A stretch of 60,123 nucleotides of DNA, the filler included, from Sphacelaria rigidula (Eukaryota): NCBI GenBank assembly GCA_964200075.2. It is 9 parts of 9 records of this genome, joined end to end, with 100 filler letters (N's around TTAATTAATTAA, not from the genome) between each part and the next. Parts side by side here need not be neighbours in the genome. Positions count along the whole stretch, not along the records: positions 46,842 to 53,432 come from CAXNAA020019180.1; positions 53,533 to 60,123 come from CAXNAA020019181.1; 7 more parts are not named here. One strand, given 5' to 3'. How positions within the stretch are numbered: position 1 is the stretch's first letter; each line of letters starts with the position of its first letter. A program made the position numbers and the translations under genes. Positions 48,732 to 60,123 of the stretch are shown here, piece after piece. The notes under the pieces were generated by a model. That model searched no databases and had not been told where the DNA came from. It worked only from the letters and a program-made list of their open reading frames with translations.

Positions 48732-51700
48732 TACCCTGTAGACACCCTGTGGACATGTTGAGTTTAACAGGGTGCCATTTTACGAAACCCCCACAGGATA
48801 AATGAATCCACAGGGTTTCGATCAAAACCCTGTGGATACCGCTACTTTTACAGGGTCGCGTGAAAGACACTGGCAGGTTACTGACTGTCACAGGGTCCAG
48901 TAAGACATCACCCTGCATAATATGCTAATTCCACAGGTGGCTTGCATCATACACGATGTCCTGTGCCGTTTCACTATACGCAGCATCATAAATGCCATAA
49001 AAATGCAGAAATAGTGGCGCGCACACTTGTCTTAGCACAGGCGTGTTCGCTATTGCAAGGGATCGGTCGTGCAAGACTGCTCCACTACGCCCGTACACAT
49101 GGGACACGGATGTCGCGACTGGCGAACCTGGCGAGTGAGACCAACACCCGAACACAAAATGGCGTCGTCGAAAAAAAGCGGGGTGTGTCATGTTCATACA
49201 CGAGGCCCCCGCCCGTTGGTGTTTTTACGCACACAACCACCACAACCCACAACACGCACACAGCCGTTTCCGGCGCGTTTGCGTGTGCTGACACCCACAT
49301 ACCATGACGAGCCGAGCAAGCACATGATTTGCTCCGCCATCACGTGCGAGGAGGCTGCTTTTGCGACTGCTGTAGACATGATATACTTGAAGCACAAGCC
49401 TACCAAGTGGAGGTCCGAACTTGGTGGAGGAGCGCGCAAGCAAGAGCGACAAAGGATTCCAGGCAGAACGGCAGCACTTGTTCCCGGCCGGCTACATGTG
49501 GTCTTTCGAGGTATGTGACTCTCGCTGGTAGACGATAGACCGTGGGGATGCAGACATCGCCTACACTCGTAGGAGGCGTGGCCTCTTCGGTCCTTCGATG
49601 TGTGTCGCGTGCTCTGTGGCGTCTTGCGTTTTTCCCACCTACTGCTGTCTCCTCCCGCTGCATTGGACTGCTGTGTAACCTATTGAGAGACACGTGCGCC
49701 CGAGTGAAGGAACGTGTTTTGTGTGTGGCATTATCACACATCAAAATTAGACGGCGGTTCAGGGAGACCACAGCATTTTCACCTAGGTATAAGTTGCCCA
49801 CATTCGGGCTCACCTCCCATACGTACGGGCAATCGGGGAGCAATTAAATTATTCGCGTGGAGAGCAATTTTTTGTGAAAGAGGTTTTTCTATCAACGACT
49901 GTCTCCGACAAAATTTCGTCGTTCTCTTCGAAATGATGCTCGATTTCTACACATTCTTTTATTAGCATGAAGCCCTTTGGTCGAAATGACGCTCGATTTC
50001 TACACTTCTTTTATTAGCATGAAGCCCTTGGAATACAGGGAGTTGATGTACGGTGGTGTTCGAGTTCTTGGCGGTGAAACAAGCACGAACAAACGTACGA
50101 GAAAACAACTCAATAATCAAGTAAACTTCGTCCTCCGTGTATTTTTTGTTATCTTTTTTACAGCTCGAAGTACCTGCACCAAATTCCGGCAAAAGTATGT
50201 GTAGACAAATGTCCGCTAGGTTGCGCTCCTGGCGCTCATCGGCGCGGGGGTGTCTGTGTATGCGCGGGTTTTGGTTGTCCAGCGGCGGCACAGACCCAAT
50301 CAGATGCGCTGGCCAAACCTTACCAACTAGGCTTGTGGTCGGCGGGGGCGCTAGGGCGAGCTACTCTAAAACCCTTTTAATTTACGGAAGTTCTTGGCCG
50401 TACCACAGTTTGGCCCTACGTATGAGGGCCCTTCCCACATTCGCCGATCGTGATGCTGCGCAAACAAAAAAGAAAAAACGTGGGGTACTGTCATGAAACC
50501 CGGTTCCCACTTCCTTTACTGCTGTCTGGTGCCATCAACAAATATCACATATCGACACGCGAATCAGCAGAGATGCTTCCAACAGCGGCAACATATGTTC
50601 GCGAGCAGTCTCGATGCTTCTTTACTCTGTGTACACAAAAACAAAACTCCACCCACTCACACCAAGTGCGGTCAGCCTTGGATGCTGCCGCCGCTGCTGG
50701 GCGGCTGTTGTTGTCCCTCTCGGGATTCTGTTTATTTTCAAACAACCCTTGTCCACGCTTACAAAATCACGCGCGCAGTAGCTAGAGTATCACCGTTCTA
50801 TGCAAATTTGGGCAAAACGCAGGAGGAGCGAGGCCGCGTTGTTGAGTGGGGGTGAACAGTGACGCAGCAGTGAGTTAGGGTTAGGGTTAGTGCGCACGTA
50901 ATCATGGGGACCGTTTGGCCCTGTGGTATAGTTGCTTTTTCTGTTGGACAGGCGGTGTCCCCTCGTCAACCGCATTCGAGACACCTAGGTACGACTTTTG
51001 TTTTTGTTGGCGCTCTCCGGCCTTGTTTTCGTTATTGTCTAGGGTTGGCGATGGCAGCCCTGGTGAAAACCAGAGTTGCTGTTGACCGTAGGGTAAGGGT
51101 ATCGTACTTCCTCCCTCGTCTCGTCACCCTCGAAATGCGATCCCCCCCGTGTATTGCGTCGTCCCCCCGTGTATTGCGTCGTCTTCCACCTCCTACCATC
51201 CCACAGCATGCATCACCGCCTGTTCAGAACCGGGACGGAACGCTCTGCTCTGTCACGCTCACCATGAGCTAGAAAAGTTCGGCTGACGTCAGAGAAAAGT
51301 TTGGCTGACGCTAGACCCAAGCTGACCTTATTTTGACCTTTTTTTTTTCGTGTACGTGTGTTCAATACGTGATCAACTTGTTGTTTCTGTCACTGCACTC
51401 TTAGTTGCATTACGAAGCGCAATTCGTGTCTCAGCCCCCGCCCGAATCGCGAGAACCGCTCCCGTGTTGTGCTGGCTTCTCCGTAAGGCTTCTCCGTAAA
51501 TTGCAAATTGACAATTTAGTCATGGTCAGTTGTGCTTGGGCGGGGTTCAGGGAGCTTTGGACTGAAATTGCGTGCTGCGGATCTGATGTGCAGCCCCCCT
51601 TCTATTCCTGTCCATTTCTTTCCCGTCGGCGACCACCGCATGGCGACCATCATATCGACCAAAATACTTATTCGCAAGTGCGAGCTCAGTGCATGTGTGT

Positions 51701-52289
51701 TGTTCGTCGACTCAACCTTTTTCTCCTTTGCCCTCATCTGCTGCCGCCACTCATTTTCCTTTGCTGTGTTTTTTTTCGTTTTTTCAACATCGCGCACAAA
51801 GCAAAGGTTTCAGCATGAGAAGTAGGTGAAAGCTCGGTGCCGGGGGCGGGGAACCGTCGTGTCGTCATCGTGTTCGGGATGGGCGCACCACCAAGCCCTG
51901 GCCGGAGGTCAGTTCCAATCGGTTTGGTTTTTAGGTCCACGTTCATCTATCGTTTGTTTGGGCTTTGTATGATTTTGTAAAGATTTTTTGGAATAGGAGT
52001 TACTGTTTTTTGTTAGTAATTTAGCTTCTGAAGTTCGCGCATCCCTCGAAGTTGAGTGCGAGTTTCTTCGTCGGATACAAGTGCAGTTAATCGTCGAATG
52101 GCAACTAACAAAAAAATGTACCAATTCTTTCCCACCGCCATGTTCTCGAGTTCCCGAAGGCTAGTACTGGCCGCGAACGGTTGCGCGATTTGCGTGACTT
52201 CACGATTTGGCCGATTCCGATCTCCTGGCTGCGGTCGCTGTCTTCATCGTGCTCGTCCTTTGTTTCGTTGGTTGAAACAAGTTTTCATT

Positions 52290-53030
52290 ATATTGCAAAG
52301 TCGGCTCGCCTGCACGACAGGGGAGAAGCCCCTGGATACTCTAACCGGTGAAGAGTGGGACAAAGGCAAGACACGACGGACGTACTCTTTTGGTGTGGGA
52401 CCCAAAACCCGTGCAAGCTCAAGCATCGTCCTCTTATTCTACATCGACGCCGATCGTTCTAATTTGTCTCGCCCGCATCGCGTTTGCTTGATTTCTTTTC
52501 AGGCGGATATTCTTCCTGAGGAGAAAGGGGTGGCGGTTGTAAGGCAAAACACAGGCAATGTTGATGCGTACGAGCCAGCGGGGAAAGTGGTTCAGGCGAA
52601 TCTGATGTGGGTCGGGGGCGCTTGAAGGGTACATGCAGGTTAGTACAGCCAACATATTGTCAAATGGAAATGGTGGTTAGTCAACGTTTTTCAGTAGATA
52701 GACTGTAGAACGCAGTTTTCCGAAGTGTTTGTTTCGAAATTCCGGGCGCCCGGGAAATGCGGCCTTGGGTGCCTTTGCTGATTTTCACTCTGCGTGTTCG
52801 GTTTCGTTTCATGAAAGCGCGAGCCAGGATGGTGTCTCGCGTGGATATTGTCAAAAAATGCCATCCGGTTTAGGTGTTGTACGTCGAAATGTCGTGTTCG
52901 TGGTTGCTCTTCTGTGTTGGCGGGGAGAGGTCCGGGCGGACGACCAACTTCCTGACCTGGTTATTCTTTGCGTTCGAGAAGTATTTTTCTCGCGTTTTCA
53001 GGAAGACGCTCACTGGCAAGCATTCAGGGG
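52290..53030 (+). pseudogene. Possible highly decayed KDZ-type transposase fragment
   Basis: Exon-like 52503-52638 (ttttcAG...GTTAGT). Frameshifted SFH...YCQK/CHP and E...TWL segments loosely match DxFH...CxxxCxP...EQxxxW. Confidence 0.25.
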
Positions 53031-53551
53031 CAGATGTGCTGTTTGGTTGTTGCATTTCCTCGTTCGACGGGGCCGGGTGTAATGGTTTCGTTACAGGCAG
53101 GTTTTGTCGTGGTGGGGGAGGAGCGTATTTAACTTTCTGGTGGATATTTGAGCTCGTCGTTATTGCTTGGTTCTTTCTCATGATGTCGCCTCCTTGAATG
53201 TGTTGAAGGCAAGCATTTTCTTTCGTGGATTCCTCATAGACGTATGTTATTGACAAGTCGTACGAATGTGCTCTCTAGAGGATTTGAGGGTCCGGGGACG
53301 AAATGTGGTGCTCCACCGGGTGTATGCGTTTTCCTATCGTATTCTCTATGTTTGTCAGTTGGTTTTTTTCAAGGCTCCTCTCGGGAATATTCCCGTGATA
53401 CCGCGGTATTTTTTTTAAATGGACATACTGGCNNNNNNNNNNNNNNNNNNNNNNNNNNNNNNNNNNNNNNNNNNNNTTAATTAATTAANNNNNNNNNNNN
53501 NNNNNNNNNNNNNNNNNNNNNNNNNNNNNNNNGGAAAGCACGGCTTTTGAG

Positions 53552-56243
53552 TTGAACCTCATTTTTTTTTCAACCCCATTTTCGAACATCGGCTGTTAAA
53601 TGCTATGGCATTGTGTAAAACAATTAAAGCCGAAACAGAAGGTCGTACCATGGGGTGCGTATCGCTGAAGAGCTGAACACTCAGTCGTACAGCTCGGGTG
53701 GTACTCGAGAGTAGAGTCTGCCGAAGCCACCGAAGGTGCGTGGGGGGGAAAGGGGACAGACATTTGTCATCGGCTGCGCCGGTGCGGAGCGTGTGCTACC
53801 AGCAACTGACGGTGACAAAGGTCTGAGGAGAGCCCGAGTCCGGCAATACCAGGGCCACAAGTTGATTGCTTGCACAAAATTCACTTATAAGTAGTGTGTA
53901 AGCCCAACTCTAGTTGTAGAAGACGCATCGTCTAAGGTGACAACGCCACGCGTAAGATCCTGACCATTATTTGGCAACAATGTGATATGTGGTCGCTGTA
54001 CCTCCTGAACTTAGGACTGAAATATACTCTGGGGTGGTCTTGTGGGGCCTGGGAATGTGGGCACTGGTCTTGGGGGTCCTCCAATGCTGGGGCGTCAGGG
54101 CGACGTATCTCGTAAACCGCTAGGGGGGTGCGACTATTTGTCGTGACCGTCGTGGTAGGGGCGGGGTCGACTGTGATGTCGGCATGGGGGGGCATGCACT
54201 GCCGGCTTGGTAGTGGATGTTTCAAGTGCGGGGGCGGCAGAAATTTCAGCCCTGCCCTGCAATATGTTTGCCGACTCATCTACAGCAGTGGACAAGGGGT
54301 CGACGGTTTTTCGTCGTCAGACGTGGTTCCGGTTGCTGCACCAGCGGAACTCACGTCATCAACATCAACACATGTAGTGGAAATAGACATGGTCTCCACG
54401 AAGTTATCGGGAGACACGTTGTCGGGGGCCAAATTTGGACGGGGGACGAATCGTCTGGTACCCGCGTGAGTCCGTCGTGGTGTGGGGTCGCCAGTGGCGG
54501 ATCCGCACGTGAACGCGACAACGAACCGACAATAGGTAGGGTGGACTTGTGGCTCACCACGTTCCGCCTCGACCTCTTTGTTGGTGCTGGCTCAGGGGGC
54601 AGCGGGGGGGCAGAAGGCGGTAGCGGCACATCCTGCACCTGAGGCGTACCGTCATGACCTGTCGCTGTTGGGAAGTTCGCGGAAGTACTCGTGACGGTGT
54701 GAGCTCTTGGCTTATCGACCGGGTCATTGCCGGGGGTCCTTCTCCAACCCGTGGAGCAACGGAAAGCGAGGGTTCCCTGTGGTCATGATCCACAGTGGAA
54801 TAACTATGCTCGACTACAAAGGGGCCCGACGCACTGTGGACGTCTGGGTTAATATGTACCATACGATGGATAGCCGTAGGGGCAGCAACACAATACCGTG
54901 AGGCAGCTTCTCTCTTAGCATGTGGGTACCTGCAGAAGACGTGGTCTCCCACCCCGATGGTCGGGGAGAAGTTAGCTGCTAACAGTTTGAACTATGAAGT
55001 GTACACTAGAGTGATCAATTCCAACGATGGACAGCACATTGTTTCACCGTGAGAGCTACACCCACGTGTAGTTTCGCGGGATCGTGCCTGAGTGGGACCC
55101 TTGACCCAGGACTGATCGGATCCGTTGTACCCACACCACAAGCTAGCGCCGGCCGACGTTCACTCGGTTTTGAGGCGTGGGGCCGCTGGCCGCGTATGAA
55201 ATGAGACCCCACCGATCACGTTTTGGTGTGTGGTCGGGAGCCGTTGGCTTGGGTTTGTCCTCGTGGAACGATAGATCACCAGAGGCTGAGGGGAAATTTA
55301 CCTCAGGCTGTGGTTTTTTCCTTTTCTGGTGTACCAAGCACCGGGCCTGCTAGCAAGAACAGAGACTGGCACCGTGATTTCGGGTGTCGTCGTGAAGGCA
55401 TGCGGCCACCATTTTGTACTCCAGACAGGTTTCAGTGGAAAGTTGTCGGGTGGTACACGGAGTTGTCAGAACAGCGTTTTTGGTGGGGCGCGGGGCGCGA
55501 AGTACTGGGCTGGCTACGGTGGTACTTGATACAGTCTGGTGTGTATGGGAGCACGGGTAGCTGCTGGTGAGGGCGTTTGGAAGCTTAGCAGAACAACCTG
55601 TGTGGCCCTCACTTCGGAGAAGCATCGCGATACAAGTTCGTCGATGCCAATCCTTTGATGGTATCGATTTTGAAATACCGTGGTGGTGGTTTGAAAACAA
55701 AATACCACTGCACTACCCATATGCGTTGGAGGCATGTTTGTCACGCTGGGGGAAGTTCAATACAGTTCGAGCGGTATGTCGAGGAAGTGTATGCAATACA
55801 TGCCTTGACATACAGCTTGTGGCACACGGGAAACAATCCGAAATTGAAAAACACCCGTCCGTATGATGCATAGGTGCAGAGGTGTGATGCACTGTGATAT
55901 CCGACGCGTTCCGTGCTCATGATGGTTGTAGCCAGTACCGAGTTTCCTACTTCACCGGCGCTCTCTCAAATTGCACCCTCACTACGAAAGTAGGAGAGCT
56001 GGACATTTGTATGGTGTACTGTATGTGAAAACTGAGAGACTTCACACCGAAGAGACAGTGGCTCGAACAGGATATTGATCCAAGCACCACAACCTGTATG
56101 CGCTGCTTGAAAGCGCAATTCGTGATTGGGATAAAGATGTTTGATGGACAGACTACGGAACACAAGCGGCTGCACATCCCCGGCAGGCTGGGCTGGGTGA
56201 CGCATGGTTCAAGGTGTACTGGTGTCGAAACTCTATGTGAAAG

Positions 56244-56277
<34 letters not shown>

Positions 56278-59200
56278 AGATGGGGCTCACGTCTGCGGGG
56301 TGGGAATAGTATCGCCACTGACCGGCTTGTTTGTGTAAAACACTTGTGTGAAGTGGAGCTAGACTAGGTTGACCCGCAAGGTTCGGGGGGCACCTGAAAT
56401 GTTGCTCCAGCACGGGGTTTACGCGGGGAAACGTGACTTGTGGTACTCAACCGGAAGGGCGGTACTCGTGTGATCAACTTCAAGAAAAAAAGGCGACCGA
56501 ACGCCGTGTAGTGCTACAAACTAGAGGCGATGGCCACATTTGTCTATCGGTGGTGGTCCGATTCGGAGACGGTGTTGCTACCGTAGTACTCATATACTGT
56601 AGTGTCGAATAACCCGATCACGTGAACGTATTGGAGAAGATGTGACTCGACAAGCGGTATCACATGCCTGCGACAATCAAATCAAACTCTCCGGCGAAAA
56701 GGTATCGAGTACATGGGAGGCAGACACGCCTACCGCTGAACAGCGCGCGGTGCGGGGTTGATGGACGGTATCGACCATGACAGCAATGCACTGTGGCTTC
56801 AACCCGACTCCAACTTACTGTACTGCAGTGCAGGGTAATGCAGAACAAGCACAAAAAAAAATACTCTTCCGTTCATCCACGTGGTGCGGTGTTCCAAGTT
56901 ACCCTGCGCACCGCAGAAGTTCAGAAAACGTTCAGTACTGAGGAGTACATGGAACTGAAGCACCCCTAGTCACAACGCCGGTGTTTCGACCAGGATGTTC
57001 ATTTCATCACGACCGCTGGCAAGGACTATGGAAACTCGCAGGTCAACCTGAATAGGCCGCTCGAAAATACTGGCAGATCGACAAGTAGATGGAACTTGGT
57101 GACAGCGATGCCGAAAGGTAAATTATCCAACGCTGCCACGAGAAAACAGAATATATACCCGGTACAGGGTACGAACATGAAAGCAACGCAGCTGCTGATC
57201 AAGGCTGCATCATGCGTGGGCACATGGAAATAAGATACACTGTGCCTTCCGGTGGATACATACAGTCTTGATGAGGGCCGCACGGAATAACTTGATCGCC
57301 TGTACTCCTGTGCTGTGGTGAAGGGCAGCTGCACGAGCAGAAGACATGCGCCGGACGCTATATGAAGGTGTGATGCATTACTATTGGCTGATCGTGTATC
57401 GATCCACCACCACATGACGCAACACAACAGTGCAAACCTATAACGGAAACGTACCTGTATCACTCGAAAACGTACACACATGGGTAGCAGTGATCAACAG
57501 TGTGTACAGTTACTCCGCACTCTCATGAAAACACTTGGGAGCGAAGCAAAAGAACTCCTGTACAAAATCGAACATACGTGGGCTATATACGGTAGATATA
57601 TGAGCACGGCATCAGATCGCTGCCGAGGAATAGTGCAGTACACAAGCGATACCTCGGCGTCTTCGGCGTGGTGGTCGGATGGTAAACTCTTCCAACCACG
57701 AACCATCCTCGGGGTGGAGCGATGCTGTGCTGTCGCGGTATCACGAAAGCAGTCCTGCAAAATAATGTACAGCAAGCAAACTGGACTACATGTTCCTCCG
57801 CATGCCTGGAGGGCAACCCTGGAGTGTCGCACTAAGACGTTTTTGTGCTGTACACATGGGCGTGCGCAGACGAACTGTGGGCAAACGGAATATGGCCGGT
57901 GCTGATATAGAAATGAAACGTCGAGTGTTGTAGGGCGCACATCGTGAACGGAAGTTGGGTAGTGGCGCACGGTGATAAACCTCGGTGCTCTGTACACACA
58001 AACCTCGACGCAGTCCGCTGCGGGCTTTTTTTGTTCAGACCTGAAACCAATTGTACACGTACTGCTTTGCGCCGGAAACGGGGTAGACAGCAAGGGAACG
58101 ATCGCAGCATGTACAGAATCCATAAAGCTATAGCATACTATGTACAATAGCGAGCGCGGAGGTGCACGCTGATGCTACGATCGTTACTTGTGTCGACGGC
58201 AGCCAGCGGCAGCCAGGGGCGAACGTGTGCACAGGAAGGAGCTCCAAAGAGGGAAACAAATCGTGCAGCTGTAACAACAGTACTCCCGCAGGCGGGAAAA
58301 CAAAAAATTCTTGGTACCAAAAAGTGCGAATGACTGTTGAAGCACACGCAAAATACGCACATAGGCACGGCTAGTGATACAGTCGACACGACACACCAGA
58401 AAACGCTCAATGCAGGCGGCACAGTGATGCGCGCTAATACTTCAAGCGTTACTGCTGCGGGCGGCAGTCCAGGGCAAACCGGCGTACTAGAGCGCGGGGG
58501 GGAAAAACAAAATGAGCCGCGAGGTTGAAAACAGGCCGTCACGCGGAAAAGAAAAATTTAGGAGATACCCTCAGAGAAGCACAGAGGACAGCTTGCAACG
58601 TAGTAGGCAGCACACAACAAGAGCTATTAGTTCCCCGAGACTACATAGCTTACTGGTAAGGACTCCCATGGAACTCAGAGCAACGGCGGCAAGGCTGATG
58701 ATGTCCTGGGCCCAAATAGAGTAAGCTCCGATGGGCTCGGGGCGATGGTGTAACTATCTTACGCAGGAATGATATCCGTATCAAATCATGATACAATAGC
58801 CAACGAGCAGAAATCCTCCATCCAACGAACGATCCGGGAACACTATCCGCTGTGCACATGTTCATTCAATGTGCAGCAGACATCAACCATACTGTATCTC
58901 CCATCGACTATTTGGAACATGAAATTGGATCTTTCAACAAACTGACATGCCTCGGCGGCTAACCAAGAGTCATATCCAACGTTCATTTCCTCCATCTGTA
59001 TGTCCGGAGCGCTGCGGTACCTTATCGACGCTAGTTCCTTCAAACACCATCACAATAGCCCACTCCAAAAGGTGAGCATGCAGACGCTCAAAGAGCTTCG
59101 AAAGCGCACGTTTTACCATCATCTTCCACACCACAGAAAAAGAAGAAAATAAAACAAGGGCACATAACTCCCGCAACATGGTAAATAACGGAGTTCCAGC

Positions 59201-60098
59201 TTCGGCCCAGGGTCCATGTGGTTGCGCGACCGGCCAGGCTCTGGTACACTCGGAGGAGGCGCTTGGCCTGCCAACCACAATCTACAAGACAAGCATGTCG
59301 CCCGGACGGTCAAATTCAACCCATCAACATGGAATACAAAAACGCTACACGCCGCCGATAAAGTCAGCGTGTTACTCGGCTGGTCTCATGGTCAACACTC
59401 TATAAACCCACACAAAACCAGACTATTCTTCAGGCTACGGGAACTGTATTACCTACAGTCGAACAAACATCAAGGGGGAGCGCAACACTCGCGATAGGAT
59501 TTCACGTTAATCGGTTTCAAGGAGCCCGCCAAAACAAAACGATCTCGAAGACATCACTTTTAACATTGAGGTAGTGCATGTAAAAACTCATACCGGTGGA
59601 AAGAACAACGAGAGAGCTCGCGGTATATGACCTAGGAGCGGCAGCAGTGGCCGATTGAAGCTCCAGGATCGTGCGGCGTTAATCGCCGCGCGACGGGTAT
59701 GAGAGAAATCCCGCGGGAAGCGGTCATCCGTTTTCGCACACGCCGACAAATAAAATCCGCAGGTATCATACCCAGAAACACGTGACAATTTGCTGCGGAA
59801 GCCCTTGGGGTATCGGTCATCCGTTGGCACGAATGTCGATCATACAGCCGGTTATATGAAGGAACATTCACTGAGGAAGCCCTTGGGGAATCGGTCATCT
59901 GTTTTCGCAAATGTCCGGTTGAAGAGAAAAGACGGGGTGTCTCGGATTCAACGATTCACGAGGACGTGAAGGTCGTGGAGACGCAGGAACAAAAACGAAA
60001 AAAAACAAAAGAAACGAGAGAAAAAAATAAGAATAATTGACACCGACACATAACAGCCGATTTTATATTTTGGGGTTCAAACAAAATATGGGGCTGAA
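53552..60098 (-). mobile_element. Probable decayed KDZ (Kyakuja-Dileera-Zisupton)-like DNA transposon spanning the contig
   Basis: Imperfect inverted ends at 53552-53598 and 60051-60098. Ordered motifs HCCHG (56774-56788), CDTAC (56650-56664), DRQMW...VCS (56512-56548) and NPVLEQ (56402-56419), with frame breaks between them. Confidence 0.45.
56245..56275. repeat. (CA)n microsatellite
   Basis: Directly visible. Confidence 0.95.
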
Positions 60099-60123
60099 GT
60101 GGCGTATCTGTCTTGCACGAAAG

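Noticed and set aside
50875..50890. TTAGGG telomere-like repeat
   Set aside because: Fewer than three units and internal; too short to call a telomere.
6593..53532. Regularly spaced TTAATTAATTAA motif every ~6.69 kb
   Set aside because: Assembly linker embedded in N runs; not biological. Gene-neighbourhood arguments across spacers are invalid.

Overview
This window is not one locus. It is nine unrelated eukaryotic contigs of 6,591-6,592 bp (1-6592, 6693-13284, 13385-19976, 20077-26668, 26769-33359, 33460-40050, 40151-46741, 46842-53432, 53533-60123), joined by artificial 100-bp spacers (N44-TTAATTAATTAA-N44). The DNA has short GT-AG exons in long, repeat-filled introns and resembles a brown alga/stramenopile (inference). 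Host gene pieces: two spliceable exons of a UBAC2/Dsc2-type rhomboid-like protein, two spliceable exons of a YHS-type protein, and one LRR exon. Most other sequence is decayed mobile DNA: a Copia remnant, two chromodomain-bearing Gypsy pol remnants, RTEX-like and RTE-like LINEs, SINE-like elements, several MITE/foldback families (two copies with clean TSDs), an intron-containing P-element-like transposase gene with a multi-zinc-finger tail, and probable KDZ/Zisupton-type relics. The most striking pattern is a LINE/SINE system whose shared 3' end is followed by oligo(C) instead of poly(A). It appears to insert at G-runs, and one ~27-bp insertion carries a 12-bp TSD. All family calls come from motif recognition by eye, not database searches.
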